From Magallana gigas (taxonomy: Eukaryota), in assembly GCF_963853765.1 (NCBI RefSeq), contig NC_088860.1, forward strand, positions 9,672,001-9,736,000: a DNA stretch of 64,000 nucleotides. The letters run 5' to 3'. A program made the position numbers and the translations under genes. Each line of letters opens with the position of its first letter. Position 1 is the first letter of the stretch. The notes under the pieces were generated by a model that was given only the letters and a program-made list of their open reading frames with translations, searched no databases and had not been told where the DNA came from. Shown piece by piece: positions 1 through 11,785 of the stretch.

Positions 1-154
1 TTCAGCTAAGGGGCTAACATTCTGATGCCACATTGGGCTTCATTGATCAAGCAGTGTAAATACATGTACATTAATTGCCATAGAACTATTTCACTTTCCT
101 TGTCGATTCCCAGTCAAGATCAATTGCTGATGTTCTGGATGTTCACATCATCTA

Positions 155-295
155 CTGTATACAGGGTTATTTTTGCCCCGTGTAATTTTAGCCCTTCTAA
201 ACTTGCAAACAGTTTCTTCCTGTCTTTAAAGATAATATTCGCCCAGTTTTATATCCGCTCGCTGGCAACAAGGGCGAATATTTCCCTGTATACAG
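155..295. mobile_element. ~140-bp MITE with 12-bp TIR
   Basis: CTGTATACAGGG at 155-166 and its reverse complement CCCTGTATACAG at 284-295; TA on the left flank (GA on the right); internal (T)TCGCCC-like repeats. Accounts for part of the spurious ORF 25..429. Confidence 0.75.
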
Positions 296-1655
296 GATAT
301 ATACCCTTATCATTTAATATTTATTCATTTGATGAGATATTGGCGCTTCTGATTGGTCAAAAAATTTCTTTGATACCTGCATCAATAAAATTTTTGCCGG
401 ATCTACTTTTCTCAACTGTTCTGATCTAACCCTATTTATAGAACGTGAATTTCCAAAATAAACACTGTCAACAAAATGTAAAGTTGTGTTTTATTGTCAT
501 CAAACAAAATACAACTTTATAAACATAAAAACTTGAAAGTTTAACCTTCAAAAATAAACAAAACACATTTTTTGATTTACAAAATAGAAAATTAAGAGTC
601 ATCTCATGGTTTCGTCTGCTTGAGATCAATCAACATTACCGCGAGGCACGCTGTTCCTTTTCCAGAATAATTATAACGAACATATAGGCCTCTACACTTT
701 CACGGTAACACTGTTGTTCAAATTTGGTAACGATGATTTTTAAATTTACACACTTACATGATCGGTCATCAGAATAAGCATCGTTAAGCAAAGCTATGAG
801 TAATGCATCAACTCCTTTGGCGCATTCCAAGTGGCAGATATACCATTTAAGTACATCACTGGCTATCTAATTACCACAACATTTACAAAAGTCGCTTATA
901 CATACTATTCTTTGTCGACATATCAACTATTTTCGTCCACGTTCGCCTCTCCTTAGATGGTTATGTCCAGTTGCATATTCCAGCGATCTCACATGAAAAC
1001 CAGTTTTATAACGAATCTTTCTGCACAGTGAATAATATATCACAAGCTATTGCATGTATTTTCCTTTTGTTTTCCATTTAGCCAGTTCAGATTTTAACTC
1101 ACTATTTGTGTTTAATCCATTAAATTCAGCTCAATAGCTCTGCATCAGCTGAAGGCACATCCATCTTGAATATTGCTGCTGTTGTTGTTGTTTTGTATTC
1201 ATATGCGCCGCTTCATTTACAGTATTTACCGGTACATTTTTTATCAATGACACTTCACATTTTTTTATTTGAAAAACTAGCTGTTATTAAATGATAAGAA
1301 ATGAAGATAATAATTTTTCTATTGATGTGCTACGCGCATTAATGAAGTTTTCCGGTCAATTTTTTCTTTGATACTTAGATCAATAGAAAAATTATCTTTA
1401 TTTCTTAAATCAGAACTATACTAAATTGTAATTTATCAGTTTTGTTAAATTGTGTCTTGATCTTAAACTTACATGCAGGGTTTGTATTTATTATTTTTTG
1501 CAAGGTTGCATTACATAGATTAATATTACACAGTTACTGTTAATACAGGTAGATATTTAGATCTTATTATACACTAATTTCATGTTTTGCTTACAATCAT
1601 GAATTATTACTATTTGGCTTGATAACAAGGATTTGAGAGAAATCTTTTATTACAG

Positions 1656-4600
1656 TAACTACAGATTGAAACAAACATGCGAACTGTGGATTTCAAACTT
1701 GATTGAAGAAGATTTTGGGAGAGCTGTTAAATGTGTTGTAAATGACAGTGGGCGAGTTTCCATTCTTCAGGCATTTCCTTTTAAGAAAGGTTAGTTACTG
1801 TATTTAACTGAACAGACACCAGTTAGCAAATGTGTTATTGGGACATGACACATCAACACACAACAGTGCTTTTAATAAAAACCAGCTTTGAAGGGAAAAC
1901 TTGTTTTTTTTTACAGTACAAAAAACAAAACCCACTAGTTATTTGTTATACTTAATAGGCAAATAGCATCATTTTTGAAAGGGGGGCAAAAAATCTTGAC
2001 AGGGAAAAAAATGGAAAACCTCTCAAAATCATTAAAATTCCTAATCCGTCGATTGGAGGGAGGGGGGAGGCGAGAACAAAACTTCATAAAGCATTACTTT
2101 CACTGTTAATTTCCTCCTTTTCAATTCAAATTTCAAATTTTACATGCTCCCCCTTAAAAACATAAGGGGGCCAACTCCATGTTAATTTACTTTTTCATAT
2201 GTAAATTTTTTAAAAATTATTGCTGTGAGAGTCCCCCCTTATTCTACATGCCTGTTTAATGCGTACATGGCCAATTATTCTGTGTAGTCTTGGTAAGCAA
2301 TGTTTGAGCATGGTGTAATAAGCTTGCTCACTGTTTTTTCTTCTTTTTTTCAGAGATCAATACTCTAACAGAATCTGGTTCCAGTTTAATCATGCCCATC
2401 GTATTAGCTGTTCCATTGATTCTACTAGTTATTGTACTTTGTGTGGTATTTCACAAAAGGTGCAATTACACACTGCAGAGTAAATACCCCATCTTTAATT
2501 CACACAAAGGTAATGCATTAAGTTATAACCTAATCTTAATTACACACTGATATCAATGTAAACAAAAAATTACTCTCATATAATAAATTATAGATAAATA
2601 TTTGTACAAATTCTTTGTAAATTAAATTCAAGCATTGTACATGTACTAAAAATATATCCGCATATAATAAAATAACTTTCAACTTTATTTCACGTATACA
2701 GTAACACAGTTATAGCGAACACGCTTATAATGAATCGACGCTACCAGCGAAATGATTTTCATTCCTATGACTATATCATATACTTTAAATTTGACGGATT
2801 TATCAAATTTTTGCTTATAATGAAGTAGAATTACCTGTCCCTTGCACTAAGTTATAAGCGTGTTTTACTGTAGCTGGTAATGGCGTCGTGATTAAACATG
2901 AATGAAATATCACTCGTGCGATACACATGTACTGATGCTGACCAGATACTCAGCATTGTCTTTCAATATGTACAGGGTTTGACATTAAGTTTTTGAATTA
3001 CTAGACCAGTCGGGCTACCTCAGAAGTTTTTCACTAGCCCTGACTAACTACTAGCCCTGACCAATTTTTTCAAAAAAATAAACTAAACGTAATAAAAAAC
3101 ATAAAATATTAAATACCTGTTTCTGTTTAATTGTATTGGTTTATCTTTACCAATAATGAATCATTCAAATACTATTTAAGATTTAATTTTATTCAAACTG
3201 TACTAATAATGATACAAGTAATGGTTGACCAGGGACCAACAAAACTTTTGGGATACTTCCCTTACTTCTCCTTAACAGAGAAACATGAAGAAGTTTGAGA
3301 AATCGGGGAGACTTTCATTACTTGACAATAAATTAGACACAAGTCATTATGATTAGAAAATAAAACAAATTCTAAAAATTGAAAAAAAATTATCAGTTTA
3401 TTTAATTTAAATTATTTGATGTATTCATACATTTTATAGATCAAATGTTTTGTAATTGTGTTAACTAAAATGACAAATAAAATCAGTCTCTGTTTTTAGT
3501 GTATTTTGGTGGCATTAGTCCAACCCAACCATTTTGTTGAGGATTAGATTTTTTTAAAAAGATATTATAACTGTAAACAAAGGGTTTATGATTATTTCAG
3601 CATAAATTTGGCAGTGTTGTTAGCTAATTACAAGTTACATACAAATTCAGTGTTATATATCAACACTAGCCTTAAAGTAATAAACATCGTTTTGTACGTA
3701 CAGCATGTGGTTGCATCACCCATATTTATAACCCTTAAAGATAAGACAGACTACAAGAGGCATAAACTGAGTTTGTGAAGACGTCTTTAGAATTAAATAA
3801 TTATCATTTTATTGCCCTTGGTGTTAATTTGCACGATTACATGAACTCCGTGTACAATGTGACTTGGACTTTTTGTCCGGAGGAAATTCCGGCGAAGTTA
3901 CTGATCAAAAAGTGAGTATTTCCCCCACTTCATCCTCTAGGTTAATCCTTGGGTTGTACTTAAATTACGGTTTGAAGAATTTAAGCCTGTTAGGAAAAAG
4001 TGCTTTTACTTCTTTTGATATTAATATTACAGAAAAAGTACCGTAATGTCTCGTGTATAATACGCACTCGTGTATAATACGCACCCCCAAAGTTGACCAA
4101 AAAATGGCGAAAAAACAGCAGGTCCTATGTATAACACGCACCCAAAAAAATGGCGAAATCAACGGCCGCCATTTCCCCCCAAACTATCGATGTTTCATAG
4201 TAATTTTATAATCCATGCGCAATTTCTTTAATTTTGAGATCGGAACATAGCACAGACGATGAAAATCGACGGCCGCCATTTTCCCAAATAACTATCGATG
4301 TTTAATGATGATTTTTTAACCCAAGCGTAATTACTGTAATTTCGTGATCGGAACATGGCCTAAGCGATATTAGAGTCAAAGTTCTTATACTTTTAATTAA
4401 AAAGGACGGCACGATTTACATGGACGGTATCAAATATCATTTGACACTTCGTAAAGAGTTTCTTACAACATCGGAGAAGTAGAAGATCATCATACGTAGA
4501 GAAGAACGGCAACCGAGCTTAGTGCTTAAAAGTAATAATGTTTGCAGACATAAACCAGAAATGATTTAATTGATTAATTATAGTCAAACCCTATGATTGT

Positions 4601-7200
4601 TGTTTAAATAAACATTGTGAAGAAACGTACGTATGTCGTATATCGTCATTATCAAGTCGTACAAATGATCGATGTAATTTTAGCAGTGTCTATGTAATTT
4701 AAAGCAATAACGTTTAACTGCATAACGGGACACAAAGTAATTAAGTTTAATAAAATCAGAATAATTGCTTATCTACGTGCACTTGAAAACACCCTGTGAA
4801 GTCCGACACGAGAGAGGTGCATGCTTCTGACACCGGAAATTGTTAAACAAACATTGACCACGCGCCAAGTCAACAGGTGGCTGCTTACGTAATGGCGAAT
4901 ACACTGGCGATATTTAAACTTGTTTGATGCAAGAAATAGTGTTAAAAGAGGATAAATATTTCAATATATTGGGGGGGGGGGGGGGGAATTAAGAATAAGG
5001 TATTTCTGATGCAGTAAATTTAGTATACACTCATTCAATTTGCATAATACGCTAAATCGGCAGTCACTACTCCCGTGGTATCAAGAATCACGGTTTGAAA
5101 AAATGGGGTACAATTTTGGTCCTATGTATAACACGCACCCCCCACTTTTGATCAAATTTTGGCTGAAAAAAAGTGCGTGTTATACACGCGACATTACGGT
5201 ATGTTCACTTTTTTTTTTCCACACGACCAGTCGGGCTAGTACACAGACATTTAACCCGACCGGACCCATCGTTGACTAGACAATGTCCGTCGGACGTGCC
5301 TTAGTGTCGAACCCTGAATGTACACAAACAATTACACTTAAGACTATCGGCGTGTAGATCTGTAGAACCATGGTTGCATGATTATGATGTCCATGAAGCC
5401 CTCTACCAAAATAGTGAAATTCATGACCCCTGGGTCAGGGGTTCAGGCTCTAGGGTGGGGCCAATATGGCCATATAGTAAATATCTATTAAATCTTAGAA
5501 AATTTTCTTCTCTACATCTAAATATATTTGTTTAAAAACTTATTAAATGGTTATGATGTCCATGAAGCCCTCTACCAAAATTGTGAAATTCATGGCCCCT
5601 TGGTCAGGGGTTCTGGCTCTAGGTAGGGGCCAATATGGCCCTATAGTAAAAATCTATTAAATCTTCAAAAATATTCTTCTCTCCTCGCATATATATTTGT
5701 TAAAAACTGATTGCATGGTTATGATGCAATGGCCCCTGGGTCAGGGGTTCAGGCTCTAGGGTGGGGCCAATATGGCCATAAAGTAAAAATCTATTAAATC
5801 TTAGAAAATCTTCTTCTCTACTTCTAAATATATTTGATAAAAACCGATTGCATGGTTATGATGTCCATGAAGCCCTCTACCAAAATTGTGAAATTCATGG
5901 CCCCTGGGTCAGGGGTTCTGGCTCTAGGTAGGGGCCAATATGGATATATAGTAAAAATGTATTAAATCTATAAAAATCTTCTTCTCTACTCGCATATAAT
6001 ATTTGTTAAAAACTGATTCAGGGTTATGATGCAATGGCCCCTGGGTCAGGGGTTCAGGCTCTAGGGTGGGGCCAATATGGTCATATAGTAAAAATTTATT
6101 AATTCTCAGAAAAACTTCCTCTCAACTCCCATATATATTTGTTAAAAACTAAATGCATGATAATGATGTCCATGAAGCCCTCTTTCAGAATTGTGAAATT
6201 CATGGCCCCTGGGTCAGGGGTTCTGGCTCTAGGGTGGGGCCAATATGGCCATATAGTAAAAATATATTAAATCTTCAAAAATCTTCTTCTCTACTCCCAT
6301 ATATATTTGTTAAAAACTTATTGCATGGTAATGATGTCCATGACGCCCTCTACCAAAATTGTGAAATTCATGTCCCCTTGGTCAGGGGTTCAGGCTCTAG
6401 GGTGAGGCCAATATGGCCATGTAGTTAAAATGTATTAATTCTTAGAAAATCTTCCTCTCTACTCCCATATATATTTGTTAAAAACTTATTGCATGGTTAT
6501 GATGTCCATGAAGCCCTCTTTCAAAATTTTGAAATTCATGGCCCCTGGGTCAGGCTCTAGGGTGGGGCCAATATAACCATATAGTAAAAATCTATGAAAT
6601 CTTAGAAATTCATCTTCTCGACTACCATATATATTTGTAAACAAGAGGCCAATTGGCCTTAACGGTTACCTGAGTAGCATATAACCCATACGCAAACTTG
6701 TCGAGGAGTCTCATATATGCATTTAATTAATTAGGTTTCATTCTGGAGTAGAAAAATTATAAATTTGTAATGACGACCACCTCCCTGCCTGAAATCTTTC
6801 AAAAAGAACTATGAAGCCTATAATTTTGGCGGAAAACTAAAAAATCTGTCAGGAAACTTTCCTAAGATATGACCTAAGTGTGTTCCTAAGATATGACTTA
6901 GAAAAAAAGTTAGGAACTTCCTAAGATCAACTTAAAACACGTCTTAAGATGTAGCTCGACGGTAACTTAGGAACATCTTAAGTTAGGATATCCTTACCTT
7001 CTATAACCATTCTTATTTTTCATATCTATTCATACAGATCGATTTTTGTGGTGATAAATCATTAAACAGTGTGCCAGAGAAAAGTGTATGTGTCGGTAGT
7101 TTAAACAATATGCCTAAAAAAACCAGTAATTTGATTGTATAAATTTTTAAAAATTTATAAATACTTAAATATATATCAGTGTTCAATAATAATTTAGTTA

Positions 7201-7234
<34 letters not shown>

Positions 7235-9075
7235 AAGAAAAAAGCACTCGAGTGACCGTTTGGGCATATTGGCCTCTTATTTTCTTTCCTCTCCATGCAA
7301 ACACATTATTCCACTTCTATCGGACCAACTACATTATCGCGTTGACATCTTGTGTACATTCTAAAATTAGCTTGTCGCATCACGTGTTTATGAATACTTC
7401 AAAGTTAGGCGTTTACTGACCGACCTGGTCAGTAAATAAATTATTTAGAATTTATATTTAATACTTTTAAATGCGTTTGATTTAAACTGTATAATTTTCA
7501 GAAAGTTTATAACTTTTGTAGCTGAATTGAAAAATGCAAACATTTCTTTCTATTAAAATTTTCATTTCAAACTGCATATATAATATATATACCTTTAACA
7601 ATTGAATTCCTGCAGAGAAGAACAGAAAAGTGATGGTCTATACTTTTAATGATGAAGATTGGAAGGAAGAGTTACCTCTCTTGGAAAAACTGCTAGAAGA
7701 TTATGTTACTGCCACCATACATGATGTTAAACCTGGACAGAGTAAGTTTTATTAAGCTTATCTGAGCTTTTAACTCTTGTAGCTTTTATACTGATCATCA
7801 TTTGTCTTACACATTTTTGTTTATTTGTCTGTAAACTTTCTAGATTTTCTTTCAGTCTTCCCAATTTTAGAGCCAGATCGAGGACCAATTTAATTCAATC
7901 AATTTTGACAAAAAATAACATCCATAGGTGTATGTGAATCAGAATTGCTTAAATATAGGGCTGCAACTTTTTAAAAGGGAAAGATTTCTTAAAAAATAAA
8001 ACAAAACAAAAAAACCGAAAGTAGAATTGGAGTCATAAATTCCTCTCAAGATCAACCAAAAAAAGTCTAGAAAAGGAGAAGAAAATTAAGCTATTTCATA
8101 TTCTGTTCACTTTAATGTGTTAAAATCTTAAATTGACCTCCAGACCAAAATTAGGGCTATATGAAGGATGTAAAACTATTCATAGAATAATGTATGCATT
8201 TTGACATTAGTAACAAAAATTTTTAACAAGTTATCTTTTATGTTTATACTTCAGGCAAGCAAGTAGCATTGGTGTGTGTGTGTGTTTGGGGGGGGGGGGT
8301 CCCCCCTTTACTTAATTATAACACGACATACTCTACCTCAAAAGGAACTAATAAAATGGCTGGTGTATGTGGGGGAGGGGGACCCCTTTTTTCCCAACAG
8401 CAAACATTTTCCTTAAATGCACATGTAGAGAACTGAATTCAGATGGAATGCCCCGACCGGCCCCCTTTACTTAATTATAATATGACAAACTCTACCTCAG
8501 AAGTAACTAATATAATCTTCTAAGATTCATAACAGTGCCCTTTACTCCTATTTAGTTTCACATGTGAAGTCAGATTATTCTTCCTTTTTGTAAAATCATG
8601 GTTTTTTATTTTGTTTTTTTCCTCTCTTTTTTTCACTTTAGACATATTAGAAGGATTCAGTGAAGAAGCAAAAACATGTGTTGCTATATTAATTGTGGTA
8701 GATGTGAGGTCCCTTGCACAGGATGAATCATACAAGAACAGATTCCACAATCTGCTAAAATGTGATGCTGTGAAGGGGAAATCTGGAATCCTGCCATGTT
8801 ATACAACAATTTTGTATGTTCATCAAAGCTGTCATGAATACACTTATGCCAAAGATAAGCAGGAGAAAAAGTTCTACTCCATTGATATTAAACACAAAGA
8901 GGATGCCAAAATCAAAAGAAAACTTTTGAAAAGGTTACCCAAAAAAAGTTCTGCCAGTGAAGTACAAAGCAAAAACAGTTATAGTACATTTGTTGTTGAA
9001 AATCCTGGGGCACAGGCACCACAAAGTTATTCTAGAATGGAAAGTAATAATAGCACCTCCCCTCTTGTCCCCTAA
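1656..9075 (+). CDS. Ig-like ectodomain + transmembrane helix + TIR-like domain receptor (IL-1R-like architecture), 5'-incomplete
   Basis: Exons 1656-1789, 2354-2509, 7616-7741, 8642-9075; the three introns between them are GT-AG and phase 1, and the join is in frame. The Ig E/F-strand pattern is ELWISNLIEEDFGRAVKC. The TM is IMPIVLAVPLILLVIVLCVVF followed by HKR. The TIR-like region has KVMVYTFNDEDW, BB-loop HDVKPGQNI, TCVAILIVV and terminal helix KRKLLKRLP. The first acceptor (1655 vs 1664) and the upstream exons are unresolved. Confidence 0.75.
2699..2870. mobile_element. Tc1/mariner-type MITE
   Basis: TA|CAGTAACAC...ACACGCTTATAA at left and TTATAAGCGTGTTTTACTG|TA at right; TA target duplication; lies in intron 2 of the TIR gene. 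Confidence 0.75.
2973..5316. mobile_element. Non-autonomous DNA transposon with CAGGGTT termini
   Basis: TIR CAGGGTTTGACATTAAG (2973) vs CTTAGTGTCGAACCCTG (ending 5316), 15/17 match; subterminal CTAGCCC/GGGCTAG motifs; flanks TATGTA/AATGTA (5/6 direct repeat). Confidence 0.7.
4041..5199. mobile_element. pogo/Tigger-type non-autonomous element nested in the CAGGGTT element
   Basis: TA|CCGTAATGTCTCGTGTATAATACGCAC ... GTGCGTGTTATACACGCGACATTACGG|TA; 27-bp TIR with 2 mismatches; TA duplication; repeated GTATAAYACGCAC motifs. Confidence 0.85.
5374..6640 (+). repeat. Cg170-type satellite array (~8 monomers of ~166 bp, two shortened)
   Basis: Recurring GATGTCCATGAAGCCCTCTACCAAAATTGTGAAATTCATGGCCCCTGGGTCAGGGGTTCAGGCTCTAGGGTGGGGCCAATATGG at ~166-bp period. 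This matches my recollection of the oyster Cg170 satellite, which is carried inside Helitron/Helentron (HINE) elements. Confidence 0.85.
6640..7280. mobile_element. HINE (non-autonomous Helentron) ends flanking the satellite array
   Basis: AACAAGAGGCCAATTGGCCTTAACGGTTACCTGAGT at 6640 (reverse-oriented end) and a degenerate forward end ACTCGAGTGACCGTTTGGGCATATTGGCCTCTTATT at ~7246-7281; a CTAAG-rich insert lies at ~6853-7010. Confidence 0.6.
7203..7232. repeat. Poly-C tract (30 nt)
   Basis: Directly visible homopolymer. Confidence 0.95.
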
Positions 9076-9540
9076 AAAAGGTTTGGATTCCACTCCAATC
9101 ACTCCAATAGAAATTGATGAAACTGAAATATATACTATCCAGTTCTAACCAGTTTAAGAATTATCTACCCATGCATTTATATCCACATCACTAATGTATT
9201 TTAAAAGCATTGATTAACTTATTGAATATCAATTTTATTTCTAATACAATCCAAGATAAATAATGTAATTGAAATGTAAATGTGATTTATATATATATTA
9301 AATATATACATGTATATTACCTGGTTCATTTATATGATATCTTCATACCCACATGAAATTCCAGTAAAAGCATTTTATTGTTTATTTTAATGCAGTTGAT
9401 CCAGGTTTAATTTGCAGGGCATTGTAGTAGTTTTATTTACATATGTACTAGCTATCTGCATGTTTTAATTGGCAACCAAAATTTGAGTGTCATTCTTTGA
9501 GTTATCAGTGAGTTACCTAGCTTATAGTTCCTTGCAGTGT

Positions 9541-9780
9541 TAACAAAGCTTTTGTTTACATTTGAATGTTGAAGTGAAAATTCCAGTTTTAGACCTAAAA
9601 TGAATGTGTTAAACGTTGGGAACTGTTTATTTATGCTTAAAATGAATTAAAAGATAGAAAAACAGCTTGAAAAAGTTTTTTACTGGTATATAGAACCCAT
9701 GTAAACAAAAAAAGGGCACAAGCCTTGTTTACATGACAAAGAATTGTGAGCCCTGTATCTTGCTTATAACTTATTGTAAT
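9541..9780 (+). mobile_element. Internal fragment of the TTAA element found complete at 44371-44862
   Basis: Near-identical to ~44520-44760 (TTGAATGTTGAAGTGAAAATTCCAGTTTTAGACCTAAAATGA...CCTTGTTTACATGAC); termini absent. Confidence 0.8.
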
Positions 9781-10569
9781 ATTAAATTGTGACTGAGTGC
9801 TTATCATATCGTCGATATCGATAATCAAGAATATGTGAGAATAAGATGGCACAAATGCCAATTGGATTTATTTCAAATTTAATTTTGTTATTTTGAATCT
9901 GTTTATAACTATTTGTGAACAATATACCAGGTAAAACTCTTAAACTAAAAAGCACATACCTGTATAGTTATCTTTGGCCCTAACCCCTGTGTTATTTCAG
10001 TTATTACATAAAGATTTATTCAAATTCTATATGAAAATTATTTTCAAAGGCTTAAATGTTTTTAAATGTGGCATTACTTGTGTGAAAACATTTTTACATA
10101 GTATTGATTCTTAATTGTTTAGACTGTGGCCCCATAACAATTCTTGGGCTTAATAATGGGTTATTTGTTAAAGATCTTTAGAAATGCGATGCTCAATATG
10201 TGGTATGACTATTCATGACATCATCCTGTTTTAAAAGGGGCTTGATTCCATTAAGCTGATTTTATTATATTTATTGTTGCTCAGGTTAGCAATATGGCTG
10301 AAGGGCCCCATGTTGTTAATTGAAATTAGTATGTAATATGGAGCCCAAACCAACTCTATGAAATAAAAATCTTTGGATTTCTAAAAAAATAATACATGTA
10401 TATACTTTATGAAGTTCAAATCTATATACATATATTACAAATATTGTAAAGAATTTTAAAAAGAGTTATCAGATATATTTGTATCTTTATTTTTTAGTAT
10501 TTTATTCATCCTAATACATTTTGTTGCTCGCCTTATATGCCAGTCTTCTTGAACTTCAATACCACTGGT

Positions 10570-10733
10570 CAGGGTTGTCTCCAAGACATGGGAAGCGGGG
10601 AATTGCCCTCTCCCTAATGCCCTAATTACCAAGCTATTATTGCATTTCAAACACAATCTAGCTATAAGCAAGACCCCCAGACCCCCTTCTACTTTTTTAT
10701 TTCTTCCTTCTTCAATTTTAAGAGACAACCCTG
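10570..10733. mobile_element. 164-bp MITE with CAGGGTT termini and 6-bp TSD
   Basis: ACTGGT|CAGGGTTGTCTC ... GAGACAACCCTG|ACTGGT; perfect 12-bp TIR and perfect 6-bp direct repeat. Confidence 0.85.
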
Positions 10734-10954
10734 ACTGGTAAAACATTGGCAGGTTTTGATCATCTGTAGACATGTATTTTGATAAACTGCATGCCTCTAT
10801 ACATATCTGCATGTTTGTTTACTAGTACTATTTATTATTGCAATGGTGTTGACAGGACTAAAATAAAGGAGTAAAACACTGAACAGGTTGTTTAATTTAT
10901 TATTGATGTCATTATAGTTATTCCTTTTACACTGGGAAGACCAAAATGATGAGC

Positions 10955-11037
10955 TTTTAGCTCACCTGAGCGGAAATCTCAAGTAAGCTTTTCTGATCAC
11001 ATTTCGTTCGGCGTCCATCTGTCTGTCTATGTGCTGT
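10955..11037 (+). mobile_element. HINE 5' end fragment
   Basis: TTTTAGCTCACCTGAGC...CTCAAGTAAGCTTTTCTGATC followed by the GTCC/GTCT microsatellite typical of HINEs; truncated by the adjacent LINE piece. Confidence 0.7.
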
Positions 11038-11373
11038 ATGTCACTTGCATTACGGGCACGAAAAGCATTCCATATGTTAAAACACTCATTGAAAATCCTG
11101 AATAACTGTGAACCTAGAGTGTGCTTTAACCTTTTAGACAGTATTATTGTTCCTATTCTAACATATGGAGCAGAAGTCGGGGGAACTGATATCAACGAAG
11201 AGACTGAAGCTGTACAGAGTGACTTCTGTATATGGATATTACGAATAAACAGAAAAGCCACTAACGTAATGGCTAGTGGAGAATGTGGAAGAGTACCTCT
11301 TTATGTCATATACATAAAACCAGTGAAATACTGGCTGAAAATACTAAATATGGAAACTTCAAGATATCCATGA
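11038..11373 (+). mobile_element. CR1/L2-group LINE fragment (C-terminal part of RT ORF)
   Basis: ARKAF..LK...LLDSIIVPILTYGAEVGG...GECGRVPL...VKYWLKIL aligns with the equivalent region of the LINE at 62490-64000 (ARKAYFKMK...LFDSIVLPVLLYCCEIWG...AELNRLPL...IKYWNHL). Confidence 0.8.
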
Positions 11374-11785
11374 GAGTGTTCTGAGATCTTTTAAAATTTG
11401 GGTTTGTGCAGCAGTCGTTCAACTCGAAACTAGGTCTATAAACTGAAATCGGTCTTAAATCACCTTGCTTTGGGGACGTTTGGTTAAGTGGTGGACCTGG
11501 AGATCCAAAGGTCTTTCTGTCGGAATTGAACTAAAGAATGAGAGACTGCGTCCTACAGGAATGGAACTCACAGTAAGCAAATTCACCAAAGTGTGCTTTC
11601 TATGTTATGTTTAAAAACAACTTGCATGTGAGAGTTACCTCTCTTTCCTAAGCTACATGTGCCTCTTAAAACAGGCATAAGCTTCTTTTAGGTGTTCCTT
11701 ACACAAACTATGTATCGAAGAGGGTAGATTTGAGGGAATTGATAGTGTAGATAGACTATGTAAACCTTGTAACTTAAGACAAATT

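Noticed and set aside
25-429. 134-aa ORF on +
   Set aside because: It runs through a MITE and has no domain-like pattern.
758-868. Possible - strand exon (IASDVLKWYICHLECAKG...) with AG/GT ends
   Set aside because: No partner exons found; candidate downstream exons have stops in all frames.
8302-8515. Two ~55-bp direct repeats 159 bp apart in TIR-gene intron 3
   Set aside because: Only two degenerate copies; likely a decayed repeat remnant.
10456-10812. 118-aa ORF on -
   Set aside because: It spans the 164-bp MITE and has no recognisable motif.
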